This document shows positions 35,636 to 44,858 of a DNA stretch of 64,000 nucleotides, piece by piece (positions within the stretch are counted from its first letter, which is position 1; each line of letters begins with the position of its first letter). The translations under genes were made by a program, and so were the position numbers. The notes under the pieces were generated by a model, which saw only the letters and a program-made list of their open reading frames with translations, was not told the origin of the DNA and did no database searches. The DNA comes from Dehalococcoidia bacterium (lineage in GTDB: Bacteria > Chloroflexota > Dehalococcoidia > Lucifugimonadales > UBA3495). The stretch lies in assembly GCA_965221295.1 (NCBI GenBank), contig OZ244879.1, forward strand, positions 2,897,603-2,961,602, read 5' to 3'.

Positions 35636-35836
35636 CTCGCCGCTCACTGCCATCCACTCCGGCGACTGAGGGGCGCGCACAGGCGACGCCAAACGCTTGC
35701 CCTGTTTGGCGAAAGGGGCCACCATACGATCATCCGGGGACGCATCCATCAAGAATTCGGGGACGCGCTCGACCAATGCCGCGACAAATAAACGGCCCCA
35801 TACATCTGGGACCGTTCAATCGTCGGTTGGAAGTAA

Positions 35837-35912
35837 TGGCGACCCGGAGCGGATTCGAACCGCCGATCTCTGCCTTGACAGGGCAGTATGTTAACCGCTA
35901 CACCACCGGGCC
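35837..35912 (-). tRNA. tRNA-Asp (anticodon GTC), 76 nt, encoded CCA
   Basis: The reverse complement is GGCCCGGTGGTGTAGCGGTTAACATACTGCCCTGTCAAGGCAGAGATCGGCGGTTCGAATCCGCTCCGGGTCGCCA. Anticodon arm is CTGCC-CTGTCAA-GGCAG. Confidence 0.9.
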
Positions 35913-36220
35913 TTCCGCCGCGCAGCCTGAGCTGCGTAACGATCATTGTATGCGGACGCCTGAAGAAATGTCAAACCGGCCAGCCCTGCGCTCCAGCGCT
36001 TGAGCCACTATCGGGACAGTTGGCCAGACGTTCATCAATCACTTAGCGCGACATCGACCTAGCGAGGCGTGATTTGGGGAATCGACGCCGTGGCTGTGGC
36101 TGGCCTCAAGCCTCCTGGCGAACCGGCGCGGTCTTTGAATGTTCGGCGCCGGTCTGTATAGTTGTTGGCGGCGCCAACGCGAATCGGCGTTGAACCCCAA
36201 CGCGCCACCGGAGCCCGAAC

Positions 36221-37471
36221 ATGACCGCTCAATCGCTAGCCAGCCGCGAACTCCAGCCGTTGCCACTGGAAGGACTGCGAGTCCTCGATGCGACCCACAT
36301 CGTGGCCGGTCCGTTTTGCGCAATGATCTTGGCGGACATGGGCGCCGAGGTCATCAAGATCGAACGGCCTGGCGTAGGCGACCGCGCCCGTCAGAACGAT
36401 CCATACGTAGCTGGACCCGACGGCGCGCAGGTTAGCGCCCGTTATCTGGGCGTGAACCGGAACAAGAAGAGCGTGGCCCTGGACCTTCGCGACCCGGTGG
36501 CCAAGCGCGCCTTTGAAAATATGCTCCGCGCCTCCGACGTGCTGTTGGACAACTGGGGCCCGGGCGCCATGGCCCGCCTCGGTTACGACTACGACCGCCT
36601 GAGCGACATAAACCCCGGGCTCGTGTACGCCAGCATCACTGGCTACGGAGACAGCGACGGCCGACGCGGCCCCTATTCCAACTGGCCCGCCAACAATCCG
36701 TGCGTCCAGGGCATGGGCGGCTGGATGGCAACCACCGGCACGCCGGAAAGCGGTCCACAGATGGTTGGCGACAACATGGGCGACTCCGTGCCTGGCGTCT
36801 GGACCGCCCTGGGCGTCATGCTCGCCCTGGAGTCCCGACGCAAGACGGGCCGGGGCCAGCACGTCGACATGGCCATGTACGACTGCATGGTGGCCCACAC
36901 CACCAGCAGCATGCCCCTGTACCAGACGACGGGACAGGTAACGACTACGGCGCGAGAGAACATGTTCTCCGCCCAATTGACCCTGCGGGCATCTGACGGC
37001 TACGTCGTGCTGGCCGGCGCCGGCAACGCCGATGACAAGTGGCGCGCCATGTGGAACCTCATTGGCCGGCCCGAATTGGCCGAAGACCCTCGTTACCTGG
37101 GACGCGGCGTAACGGGTCCGTTCTATTTCAGCAACATCGTTCCGGCCATCGAGGAGTGGTCCCAACACATCACCAAGCGGGAGCTGAACCAGCATCTGCT
37201 GGACTGCGGCTTCTCCATGGGCATCGTGCAGGACACCGCCGATTTGGACAATTGCCCGCACCTGGAGGCGCGCCATATGTTCGTAGACAGTGGCGACACC
37301 TTTGGCGGCTCGTTCCGCACCGTCAATACTCCGATTCAACTGACCGGCTGCGTCGATACGCCGGCCAACTCACCGCCCACCCTCGGCCAGCACAACCTAG
37401 CCCTGTTGTGCGAAATCGGCGGCCTCACCCCGGAAGAAGTGGCGCAGTTGCAGGCCGAAGGCAAGGCATGA
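36221..37471 (+). CDS. CaiB/BaiF family (type III) CoA-transferase
   Basis: LEGLRVLDATHIVAGPFCAMILADMGAEVIKIERP. GGAG lies 7 nt upstream. Confidence 0.85.
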   Translation: MTAQSLASRELQPLPLEGLRVLDATHIVAGPFCAMILADMGAEVIKIERPGVGDRARQNDPYVAGPDGAQVSARYLGVNRNKKSVALDLRDPVAKRAFENMLRASDVLLDNWGPGAMARLGYDYDRLSDINPGLVYASITGYGDSDGRRGPYSNWPANNPCVQGMGGWMATTGTPESGPQMVGDNMGDSVPGVWTALGVMLALESRRKTGRGQHVDMAMYDCMVAHTTSSMPLYQTTGQVTTTARENMFSAQLTLRASDGYVVLAGAGNADDKWRAMWNLIGRPELAEDPRYLGRGVTGPFYFSNIVPAIEEWSQHITKRELNQHLLDCGFSMGIVQDTADLDNCPHLEARHMFVDSGDTFGGSFRTVNTPIQLTGCVDTPANSPPTLGQHNLALLCEIGGLTPEEVAQLQAEGKA

Positions 37472-37571
37472 CGCCTCGACTCCGCCGCCGCATGGACGCA
37501 ACTCGGCGACGAGCGACTAACCGTAAAGGCGACCGCCCAAATTCGACGCCGCAGGGACTTAGCGCTGCGAG

Positions 37572-37580
37572 TGGTACAAT
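37572..37580 (+). promoter_or_regulatory. Extended -10 element TGGTACAAT upstream of hisS
   Basis: TGn+TACAAT at 37572-37580, about 84 nt upstream of the hisS ATG. The -35 is weak. Confidence 0.25.
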
Positions 37581-37663
37581 TCCTTGCCGGCGCATATCCA
37601 GATTTGCCCGATTGTTTTTCACCTGAACCGCGTTGGCGCGCACAGGGAGCTAGAACAACCGTC

Positions 37664-38923
37664 ATGCCTACCTTCCAGTCCCCCAGGGGCACCACCGACC
37701 GCCTGCCGGCGGAACAAAAATACTGGCGATACATCGAAAGCAAGGCGATGGGGGTGGCCCGCCGCTTCGGCTACGGACGAATCGACAGTCCCATGTTCGA
37801 GGACGCGGGGCTGTTCATCCGGGGCGTTGGCGAAGGCACGGACATCGTGGAAAAGGAGATGTACGTCTTCGAAGATAGGGGCGGCGACATGCTCACCCTC
37901 CGCGCCGAAGGCACCGCGCCGGTCTGCCGCGCCTACCTACAGCATGGCATGGCGAATTTGGCGCAGCCAGTTCGCATGTATTACATCTGCCCGGTGTTTC
38001 GCTACGAACGCCCCCAGGCCGGCCGCTTCCGGCAACACCACCAGTTCGGCATCGAGGCCATCGGCGACCCGGACCCTTCGGTAGACGCCGAGGTCATCGA
38101 ACTGGCCTGGACGTTCGTGAACGACCTGGGCCTGTCCGACATCACGCTCTTCACCAACAGCATTGGCGACGGGGCTTGTCGGCCTGAGTACATCCGGTCC
38201 CTCCATTCCTACTACGAGAAGATGAGCTCCCACCTGTGCCAGGACTGCAAAGCGCGGCTGGAGCGCAATCCGCTGCGATTGCTGGACTGCAAGGTCGAAA
38301 CCTGCCGCGCCCTAGGCGAAGAGGCTCCCAGATCCACCGAATGCCTCTGTGACGAATGCGACAATCACTGGAAGCGGGTGCAGTCCTACCTGGGCGCCAT
38401 GGGAATCGACAACCGCATAGACCACCGGCTGGTGCGCGGCCTCGACTACTACACGCGCACCGTGTTTGAGATCCAACCCGCCGTTGAAGGCGCGCAATCG
38501 ACGATTTGCGGCGGAGGTCGCTACGATGGCCTCATCGAACAACTGGGTGGACGCCCAACACCGGGCATCGGGTTCGGCAGCGGGATCGAGCGCCTGGCCC
38601 TCAACTTGCAGCGCTCGGAGGTTGATGTTCCGGACGAACCAACGCCTCAGTACATCATCGCCACCATCGGCGAAGAGGCGCGCCTCGCCGGCGTCCAGCT
38701 GGCCAACCGCATGCGCTCCGCCGGGGTAGGTGCGATTCTGGCCAACGGCGGGCGGGCCCTGCGCGGGCAGATGCGTCAGGCCAATGCCCTGGGAGTTTCC
38801 GGCGTGATCATCCTGGGTGAGGATGAAGTGCGCGACGGCGTCGTCATGGTGCGAGACATGGCTACTTCCAGTCAGCAAGCCCTACCCATGGCAGACTTCC
38901 TACGGGATCTGTCCTCCGCGTGA
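37664..38923 (+). CDS. hisS: Histidine--tRNA ligase
   Basis: FQSPRGTTDRLP, class II motifs (MYVFEDRGGDMLTLRAEGTAP; RMYYICPVFRYERPQAGRFRQHHQFG; GGGRYDGL) and an anticodon-binding C-terminus. Trimmed to the ATG at 37664. Confidence 0.9.
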   Translation: MPTFQSPRGTTDRLPAEQKYWRYIESKAMGVARRFGYGRIDSPMFEDAGLFIRGVGEGTDIVEKEMYVFEDRGGDMLTLRAEGTAPVCRAYLQHGMANLAQPVRMYYICPVFRYERPQAGRFRQHHQFGIEAIGDPDPSVDAEVIELAWTFVNDLGLSDITLFTNSIGDGACRPEYIRSLHSYYEKMSSHLCQDCKARLERNPLRLLDCKVETCRALGEEAPRSTECLCDECDNHWKRVQSYLGAMGIDNRIDHRLVRGLDYYTRTVFEIQPAVEGAQSTICGGGRYDGLIEQLGGRPTPGIGFGSGIERLALNLQRSEVDVPDEPTPQYIIATIGEEARLAGVQLANRMRSAGVGAILANGGRALRGQMRQANALGVSGVIILGEDEVRDGVVMVRDMATSSQQALPMADFLRDLSSA

Positions 38924-39067
38924 CTCCGCCACGCGCGAGCCTCCGGATCCCCTCCGGTGGCGGGCGCAATCCCGAGCATCCCCAAAAGAGAAGTTAAATT
39001 CCGAAAAATTGTGTCAAAAACCGCTTGACTTGGAACGGGCGTTTGCTAGAACATACAGCCAACACAT

Positions 39068-39403
39068 ATGCGCTCAATCGGCGCCAATGGAGATATTCGG
39101 CTTATGTTCAGCAACGACAGCATCGTGGGAGCAACCACCGCCATCCGAACCACGTCAATCCCAGACTATGGTCGCAAAGTGCACTACCGCGGCTATATGA
39201 TCCATGGTGAGATTCCGGGCATATGCTACGTCATCTACGGCCGCAACCAGTTCGGCCAGTTGGCCGAACTGGGCGCCACCCGGTGTTTCCGTTCGGCGAT
39301 GCGTTGGGTTGACCGCCACGCGGCGGAAATGCGACGCCTGATGCCGGTGCGCGACAGCGGAATGCCCGGTTCAATCTCTGACCAGCTGCCGGTCGCCGCA
39401 TAG
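39068..39403 (+). CDS. Hypothetical protein (111 aa)
   Basis: ORF only, with no motif recognised. G+C is lower at the 5' end. It ends 15 nt before the cyclase-family gene, so it may be co-transcribed. The start is uncertain. Confidence 0.35.
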   Translation: MRSIGANGDIRLMFSNDSIVGATTAIRTTSIPDYGRKVHYRGYMIHGEIPGICYVIYGRNQFGQLAELGATRCFRSAMRWVDRHAAEMRRLMPVRDSGMPGSISDQLPVAA

Positions 39404-39418
39404 AGGAACCCAAATTCG

Positions 39419-40138
39419 TTGGCATCGTCAACAGAAAAGAGCGTCAACTACCGCCGGGTCGTGGACCTCAGTCACCCGATCACTGCCGACATACCGCTTT
39501 GGCCCGGCGACCCGCCGGTCAGATTCGGCGCCGTGGCGGACATCGAATCCCAAGGCTATTTCCTACGGCAATTCAGCATGGGCGAGCACAGCGGCACCCA
39601 CCTGGCCACCCCCAGCGCCTGTTGCGGCGACGGCATGGACCCCAACCAGATTCCCGCCGATTCCCTGGTCGCGCCGGCGGTTGTGATCGACGCCCGAGAC
39701 CCGTCTCGCCACAACCCCGATTATGCACTGTCGGCCCGCGACATCGCGGCATGGGAGAGGAAACACGGGCCCGTCGAATCGGGCGCCCTGGTATTGCTGA
39801 ATACCGGCTGGGCCCAGTATTGGACCCAGCCGGAGCGTTTCATTGGCCGCGACAGCGATGGCGCCACGCACACTCCCGGGTTCAGCTTGGAGGCCGCCCG
39901 ATTCCTGCTGGAGTGGCGCCAGGTAGCTGGCCTGGGCATCGATACCCACGGCATCGACCCCGGCGCGGACGCGGGTCTGTCGGTCAGCCGCCTGGCGCTG
40001 GGTCGCGCGGCGCTGGTCTTGGAGTGCCTCAATAACCTGGATGAATTGCCGCCCACCGGGTCCACCGTCGTCGTGGGAAGGTTGCGTCTGGTGGGCGGCA
40101 GCGGCTCGCCGGCCAGCGCGCTTGCGTTGGCGCCCTGA
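39419..40138 (+). CDS. Cyclase family protein (kynurenine formamidase-like fold)
   Basis: VVDLSHPI...PLWPGDP...GEHSGTHLATPS. TTG start about 10 nt after GAGGAA. The metal motif is degenerate (see findings). Confidence 0.7.
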   Translation: MASSTEKSVNYRRVVDLSHPITADIPLWPGDPPVRFGAVADIESQGYFLRQFSMGEHSGTHLATPSACCGDGMDPNQIPADSLVAPAVVIDARDPSRHNPDYALSARDIAAWERKHGPVESGALVLLNTGWAQYWTQPERFIGRDSDGATHTPGFSLEAARFLLEWRQVAGLGIDTHGIDPGADAGLSVSRLALGRAALVLECLNNLDELPPTGSTVVVGRLRLVGGSGSPASALALAP

Positions 40139-40160
40139 CCGGCAACGGAACCACCTGGAT

Positions 40161-40556
40161 CTAGAGCGCGCTGGCGCCGGCCGCGGCGCACTGTTCGTCC
40201 TCTTGGCTGGTGCCGCCACCGACTCCACAGGCGCCAACCACCTGGCCGCCGCTCACGATGGGAACAGCTCCCTGGCCGAAGATCATTTCCGCCCCGGAGC
40301 GTTCGCGGATCCCCGCCGGGGTGGGCGCCGTGGCCCGGTCCTGCATCTCGCCGCTAGGCCTTCCAAACGCGGCCGACGCTACGGCCTTGCCCTGGCACCC
40401 GTAGGCCGATGCCCAGATCGCGCCATCCATCCGTTGCAGTCCGATCAGCCGTCCTCCCGGATCCACCACCGCTACACTGATTTTGATGTTCAGTTCCTGG
40501 GCTTGGGCTATCGCGGCCGCCATGATTCGATTGCTGTCCGCTAGTGTAAGGGCCAT
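40161..40556 (-). CDS. GlcG/HbpS-like (DUF336) haem-degrading/binding domain protein
   Basis: ISVAVVDPGGRLIGLQRMDGA...QGAVPIVSGGQVVGACGVGGGTSQEDEQCA. The ATG at 40556 is 7 nt after GGAGG. Confidence 0.75.
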   Translation of the reverse strand: MALTLADSNRIMAAAIAQAQELNIKISVAVVDPGGRLIGLQRMDGAIWASAYGCQGKAVASAAFGRPSGEMQDRATAPTPAGIRERSGAEMIFGQGAVPIVSGGQVVGACGVGGGTSQEDEQCAAAGASAL

Positions 40557-40671
40557 TATCATTCCTCCTGAAGCCAGACCTTGAGCGTCCGGCGTTTCGC
40601 AGACATATTATGTCCGTCGCCCTCCCGGAGCAAGTTTCAACTACCCCGAGCCGTACCCAGTTTCCCCGAAT

Positions 40672-41275
40672 CGCCATTGCGACCTACCCCGGCTGCAATC
40701 GCGACCTCCTTTCTGCTATTGCGACCTCCTTTCCTGTCGTTGCGACCCCCTTTTTGTCATTGCTACCTCCTTTTTTGTCATTGCGAGCCCAGCGCGGCAA
40801 TCTCGTTCCCCACGACCAACGGCCGTTCGCGCTCGCACCAGCGGCCGTTGGTCCAGGCTTCGAGATTGCCGCGTCGCTACCGCTCCTCGCAATGACATTT
40901 GGGGCGCTCCTCGCAATGACAGTTGAAGGAACCATTGCGAGCCCAGCGCGGCAATCTCGTTCACCACCACCAACGGCCGTTGGTCCAGGCTTCGAGATTG
41001 CCGCGTCGCTACCGCTCCTCGCAATGACAGTTGGGGCGCTCCTCGCAATGACAGTTGGGGCGCTCCTCGCAATGACAGTTGAAGGAACCATTGCGAGCCC
41101 AGCGCGCCAATCTCGTTCACCACCACCAACGACCGTTCGCGCTCCCCCCGAAGGCCGTTGGTCCAGGCTTCGAGATTGCCGCGTCGCTACCGCTCCTCGC
41201 AATGACAGTTGGGGCGCTCCTCGCAATGACAGTTGAAGGAACCATTGCGAGCCCAGCGCGCCAATCTCGTTCACC
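40672..41275. repeat. Tandem array (about 3.3 units, period 154-156 bp) of the two-tier palindromic hairpin element, preceded by five ~21-nt CATTGCGA-core sub-repeats
   Basis: CATTGCGAGCCCAGCGCG(G/C)CAATCTCGTT recurs at 40779, 40933, 41089 and 41243. Partner arms are CGAGATTGCCGCG...CTCGCAATGACAG. Confidence 0.8.
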
Positions 41276-41453
41276 GCACTCGAACGACGTTCGGCCTGAA
41301 CGCCGCCGTCTGTTCCCGCCAGCGTCGGATTATCGCGTCGCCATGACGATTCACAACGACGCATTGCGGAAAATGGGCGCGCGGCGAGCCAACTGTCCCG
41401 GAGGGAGTGATATACTGTGCGCCGACTTCCCACAATCGGAACGCAACCCCACA

Positions 41454-42263
41454 GTGTTGACTCGCCGCATCATACCGTGCCTCGATGTTGACGCCGGTCG
41501 CGTCGTGAAGGGCACGAGCTTTGTCAACTTGCGCGACGCTGGCGACCCGGCGGAGTTGGCCTCTCGCTACGACCAAGAAGGCGCCGACGAGTTGGTGTTT
41601 CTCGACATCACCGCCAGCAGCGACTCCCGCGACACCATGGTGGACGTGGTGCGCGCGGTTTCCGACCAGGTTTTCATTCCTCTGACCGTGGGCGGCGGCA
41701 TCCGCGCCATCGAGGACGTTCGCCGCATGCTCAACGCCGGCGCCGACAAGGTATCCGTCAACACCGCCGCCATCAGCGACCCGGAACTGGTCGTCCAAGG
41801 ATCAGAGCAGTTCGGCAGCCAGTGTATCGTTACGGCGATTGACGCCCGGCGCGTCGTGCCCGGCGAAACCTGCCCCGAACCCAGAGACCTCAACCTGGCG
41901 CTGGATGAATCATCGAGCTGGCAGGTGTACACCCACGGCGGCAGGAACCCAACCGGGATGGACGCCGTGAAGTGGGCTCGCCGGGCGGTTGCCCTGGGCT
42001 CCGGCGAAATTCTGCTCACCAGCATGGATGAAGACGGCCAGCAAGACGGGTACGACCTGTCGTTGACTCGCGCCATCTCCCGCGCCGTGCCGGTTCCGGT
42101 GATCGCCAGCGGCGGCGCCGGCAACCTCAATCATCTCCATGACGCTCTCACTGAAGGCGAAGCCGACGCCGTGCTGGCCGCAAGCATCTTTCACTTCGGA
42201 ACGTATTCCATCGCCCAAGCCAAAGAATTCCTCAATGGCCGGGGTGTCCCCATGCGGATTTGA
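41454..42263 (+). CDS. hisF: Imidazole glycerol phosphate synthase, cyclase subunit
   Basis: [31 protein letters not shown]...[12 protein letters not shown]...GGGIR...[10 protein letters not shown]...[18 protein letters not shown]...PVIASGGAG. The start is GTG 41454 or TTG 41457. The upstream part of the track ORF lies in the repeat array. Confidence 0.9.
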   Translation: MLTRRIIPCLDVDAGRVVKGTSFVNLRDAGDPAELASRYDQEGADELVFLDITASSDSRDTMVDVVRAVSDQVFIPLTVGGGIRAIEDVRRMLNAGADKVSVNTAAISDPELVVQGSEQFGSQCIVTAIDARRVVPGETCPEPRDLNLALDESSSWQVYTHGGRNPTGMDAVKWARRAVALGSGEILLTSMDEDGQQDGYDLSLTRAISRAVPVPVIASGGAGNLNHLHDALTEGEADAVLAASIFHFGTYSIAQAKEFLNGRGVPMRI

Positions 42264-42347
42264 ACCCCAACTTGCCCCAGGAAAACTACTCCCCAAGACC
42301 ACAGCCTCAGGACCAAAGCCCAGTACCACAGCCCAGGACCAAAACCA

Positions 42348-43049
42348 ATGAACGGCATTACCACCGTAATCTTCGACATGTTCAACACGATAGCGCAGGA
42401 CGGCCCTGATCTTTGGAATCTCTCCTTCGCGCGGATCATTGAAGAACAGGGCTTGCATACCACGCCGGAAATGCTGCGCCACGCCTGGGACGCCGGTTCC
42501 AACAATTTCCGGGAACGGCGCATTGACCCAGACGGTCCTTTCATCTCCTATCTCGATGGCTGGGCCGACGCGTTCTCCAGAGCGTTCAACGACCTGAACC
42601 TGCGAGGAGATCCCGCGGCCGCCTCCCAGAGTTCCATCGATGACCTGGGAACTCGCCCGCTATTCCCCGACGTCGCCGAAGCCTTGGCCATCGTCGGGCG
42701 GGATCGTCGCCTGGCCGTGCTGTCCAACGCCGACGACGCGTACCTGAATCCGGTCGTCGCCCGCATCCCCGCGCACTTCGAGGCGGTGGTCTCTTCCGAA
42801 GGCGGTCAACGCTACAAACCGGATCGCCGCCTGTTTGAAATCGCTCTCAACGAATTGCAGGCCGACCCTGCGGAGTGTCTGTATGTGGGCGACAAGCAGT
42901 TCGAGGATGTGCAAGGCGCCCGAGGGGCTGGCATGTCGGTGGTATGGATCAATCGCCGGGGCGACCCTTTGAATCCCGACCTGCCAGCCCCCGACGCCGA
43001 GATTCGCAACTTGCTGGAACTGCCAGCCGTGCTCGGTCAACCTAACTAA
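42348..43049 (+). CDS. HAD superfamily hydrolase (haloacid dehalogenase-like subfamily)
   Basis: Motif I variant VIFDMFNT, motif II LSNA, motif III/IV K...YVGDKQFEDVQGA. Confidence 0.75.
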   Translation: MNGITTVIFDMFNTIAQDGPDLWNLSFARIIEEQGLHTTPEMLRHAWDAGSNNFRERRIDPDGPFISYLDGWADAFSRAFNDLNLRGDPAAASQSSIDDLGTRPLFPDVAEALAIVGRDRRLAVLSNADDAYLNPVVARIPAHFEAVVSSEGGQRYKPDRRLFEIALNELQADPAECLYVGDKQFEDVQGARGAGMSVVWINRRGDPLNPDLPAPDAEIRNLLELPAVLGQPN

Positions 43050-43244
43050 CGCGCCGACACGCATCCGATGCCTCCAATGCGTCAGTCCGAGGTTCGCCGT
43101 TCTGCCATCTCGAGCCTTCCGCTTCCGCCGTTGCCCGCTTCCCTTTTCTGCAATCGCGAGGTTCCCTGGGCGCGTCGACAAACTGGGCGCCCGCAAAGCC
43201 TGACCCGCCACCGTCCCGCGATTCAATCATTGGAGTTGATCCTC

Positions 43245-43868
43245 ATGACCGAAGTAAAGTTGGATGACAAAGGACTGGTTCCGGCCATCGCCCAAGACAT
43301 CAACACGGGCCAAGTCCTCATGCTCGGCTACATGAACCCCGGCTCTCTCAAGCGCACCGTAGAGGGTACCCAGGTGTGGTTCTACAGCCGCAGCCAGGAA
43401 GACTTGTGGCACAAAGGCGAGGTATCCGGAAACTACCTCAACCTCAGAGAATGGTACGTTGACTGCGATTCCGACACCCTGCTGCTCAAAGTGGAACCCG
43501 ACGGGCCCACCTGCCACACCGGCGAACCCACCTGTTTCTTCACCCGAATGGACGGTCTCCCCGACGAATATACCGCATCTGAAGGGGGGCCTCGGGTGCT
43601 GGACGAACTCTTCGCCGTGATCAAGGACCGGCAACGGGAAATGCCCGAGGGCAGCTACACTGCCCAACTGCTCGCCGGCGGCGCCAGCCGCATCGCCCAG
43701 AAGGTAATCGAAGAAGCCGGCGAGGCCGCGTTGGCCGCCGCCACTTCAGACGCTGAAAACCTGCCCGCCGAAATCGCCGATCTGTTCTACCACACCCTGA
43801 CGCTCATGGCCTCGGCCGGGGTATCGCCCAACGCCGTGTGGGAAGAGCTGCGCACTCGCCGCAGCTAA
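43245..43868 (+). CDS. hisIE: Bifunctional phosphoribosyl-AMP cyclohydrolase / phosphoribosyl-ATP diphosphatase
   Basis: GLVPAIAQD...MLGYMN...WFYSRSQ..LWHKGE.SGN...DCD.DTLL.KV...GP.CHTGE.TCF (HisI), then SYTA.LL..G..RIAQKV.EEA.E...A...........E.ADL.YH (HisE). The ATG at 43245 is 9 nt after GGAG. Confidence 0.9.
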   Translation: MTEVKLDDKGLVPAIAQDINTGQVLMLGYMNPGSLKRTVEGTQVWFYSRSQEDLWHKGEVSGNYLNLREWYVDCDSDTLLLKVEPDGPTCHTGEPTCFFTRMDGLPDEYTASEGGPRVLDELFAVIKDRQREMPEGSYTAQLLAGGASRIAQKVIEEAGEAALAAATSDAENLPAEIADLFYHTLTLMASAGVSPNAVWEELRTRRS

Positions 43869-44575
43869 CGGGTAGGCCCGTCCACGGTCAAATTCGCCAC
43901 CGGCTCCCCGCCGGCATACCGTCTCCACTGGCCATCCCAGTAGATGGTGACGTTCCCGCTGCCCAGGGCAATGGCCCCGTCCGGCTCCAGGAGAATCCCG
44001 GAACCCCCATCGATGCCAAGTACGATCAGTCCAACGTAATCCGAGCCGGCGAGCGCCGCCAGCGTCGCCTGGGGATCGCTACGCTCATGGTGAGGCAGAG
44101 TCATCACGTTGGGCACGATGTTCAGCGCCGGGGATGCCGGCGAGCCGGACGACGGTCTTCGCATCACCGCTCCCAGCGCCATGGCGCCGGCGCTGGAACC
44201 GGCCCATGTGGTTCCGGCCTGGTTGGCTGCGATCAACGCTTCCAGCAGCGGCGATCCTGCCAGGGTCGAATACAGATGCTCCGGGCTACCTCCGGTGAAG
44301 TAAATGATGTCGGCGTCTTCAAGTTGCGCGGCGATGCGCGGATTCTCGGCGTCGCTGCGCCGTATCACGTCCACGCTGTATGCTTCGGCTCCCAAGCCAG
44401 TGAAGTGCCTAACACCGTTGGCTGCCGCCAACTGCGGGTTTTCGAAAGCGGCGGCCGTCGGCAAGATGGCCACCCGGGGAGCGTTCTTTCCGGTGAGTTG
44501 CAGGACATGGCGGTCCATTCCGGCGGCGGCTGGTCGGAATTCGTCGCCGCCCACCAACAAAATCCGGCGTTCCAA
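43865..44575 (-). CDS. Peptidase S51 family / type-1 glutamine amidotransferase-like (cyanophycinase-like)
   Basis: ILLVGGDEF...RVAILPTAA...IIYFTGGSPEHL...WAGSSAGAMALG (nucleophile-elbow Ser). Confidence 0.7.
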   Translation of the reverse strand: MERRILLVGGDEFRPAAAGMDRHVLQLTGKNAPRVAILPTAAAFENPQLAAANGVRHFTGLGAEAYSVDVIRRSDAENPRIAAQLEDADIIYFTGGSPEHLYSTLAGSPLLEALIAANQAGTTWAGSSAGAMALGAVMRRPSSGSPASPALNIVPNVMTLPHHERSDPQATLAALAGSDYVGLIVLGIDGGSGILLEPDGAIALGSGNVTIYWDGQWRRYAGGEPVANLTVDGPTR

Positions 44576-44858
44576 GTTCGTCTCCTGCCATCGGCCAACC
44601 CTGGGGAAAGATGTTCGAGTTTATACACCACGCCAGCGTCCTTGTCCACGAAACCAGTCGCCGCCGGTCGGGCCATGCCGTTTGGACCAAGCTTCGTTCT
44701 GCCGTGTTTCGCGATGCGAATCGCCATCGCATTCTGGACACCGGTCGAGTCGTCGTCATCTATCCGAATGTGGCGATTCGGCGAGCGCGCATTTAATCTT
44801 GATGCTAACATATATGCTGTAACTGTCCGAATCCATCTCACATTGCCGGATCCCAAAC

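Noticed and set aside
33588-41275. CRISPR interpretation of the repeat arrays
   Set aside because: The units are long (about 155 and about 210 bp) and contiguous. They are internally palindromic and have no unique spacers. No cas genes are in the window.
40581-41453. ORFs 40610-41236, 40684-41433 and 40716-41129, and the N-terminal 125 codons of the hisF track ORF
   Set aside because: All lie in the 40.7-41.3 kb repeat array and mirror each other on both strands. HisF homology starts only at about 41454.
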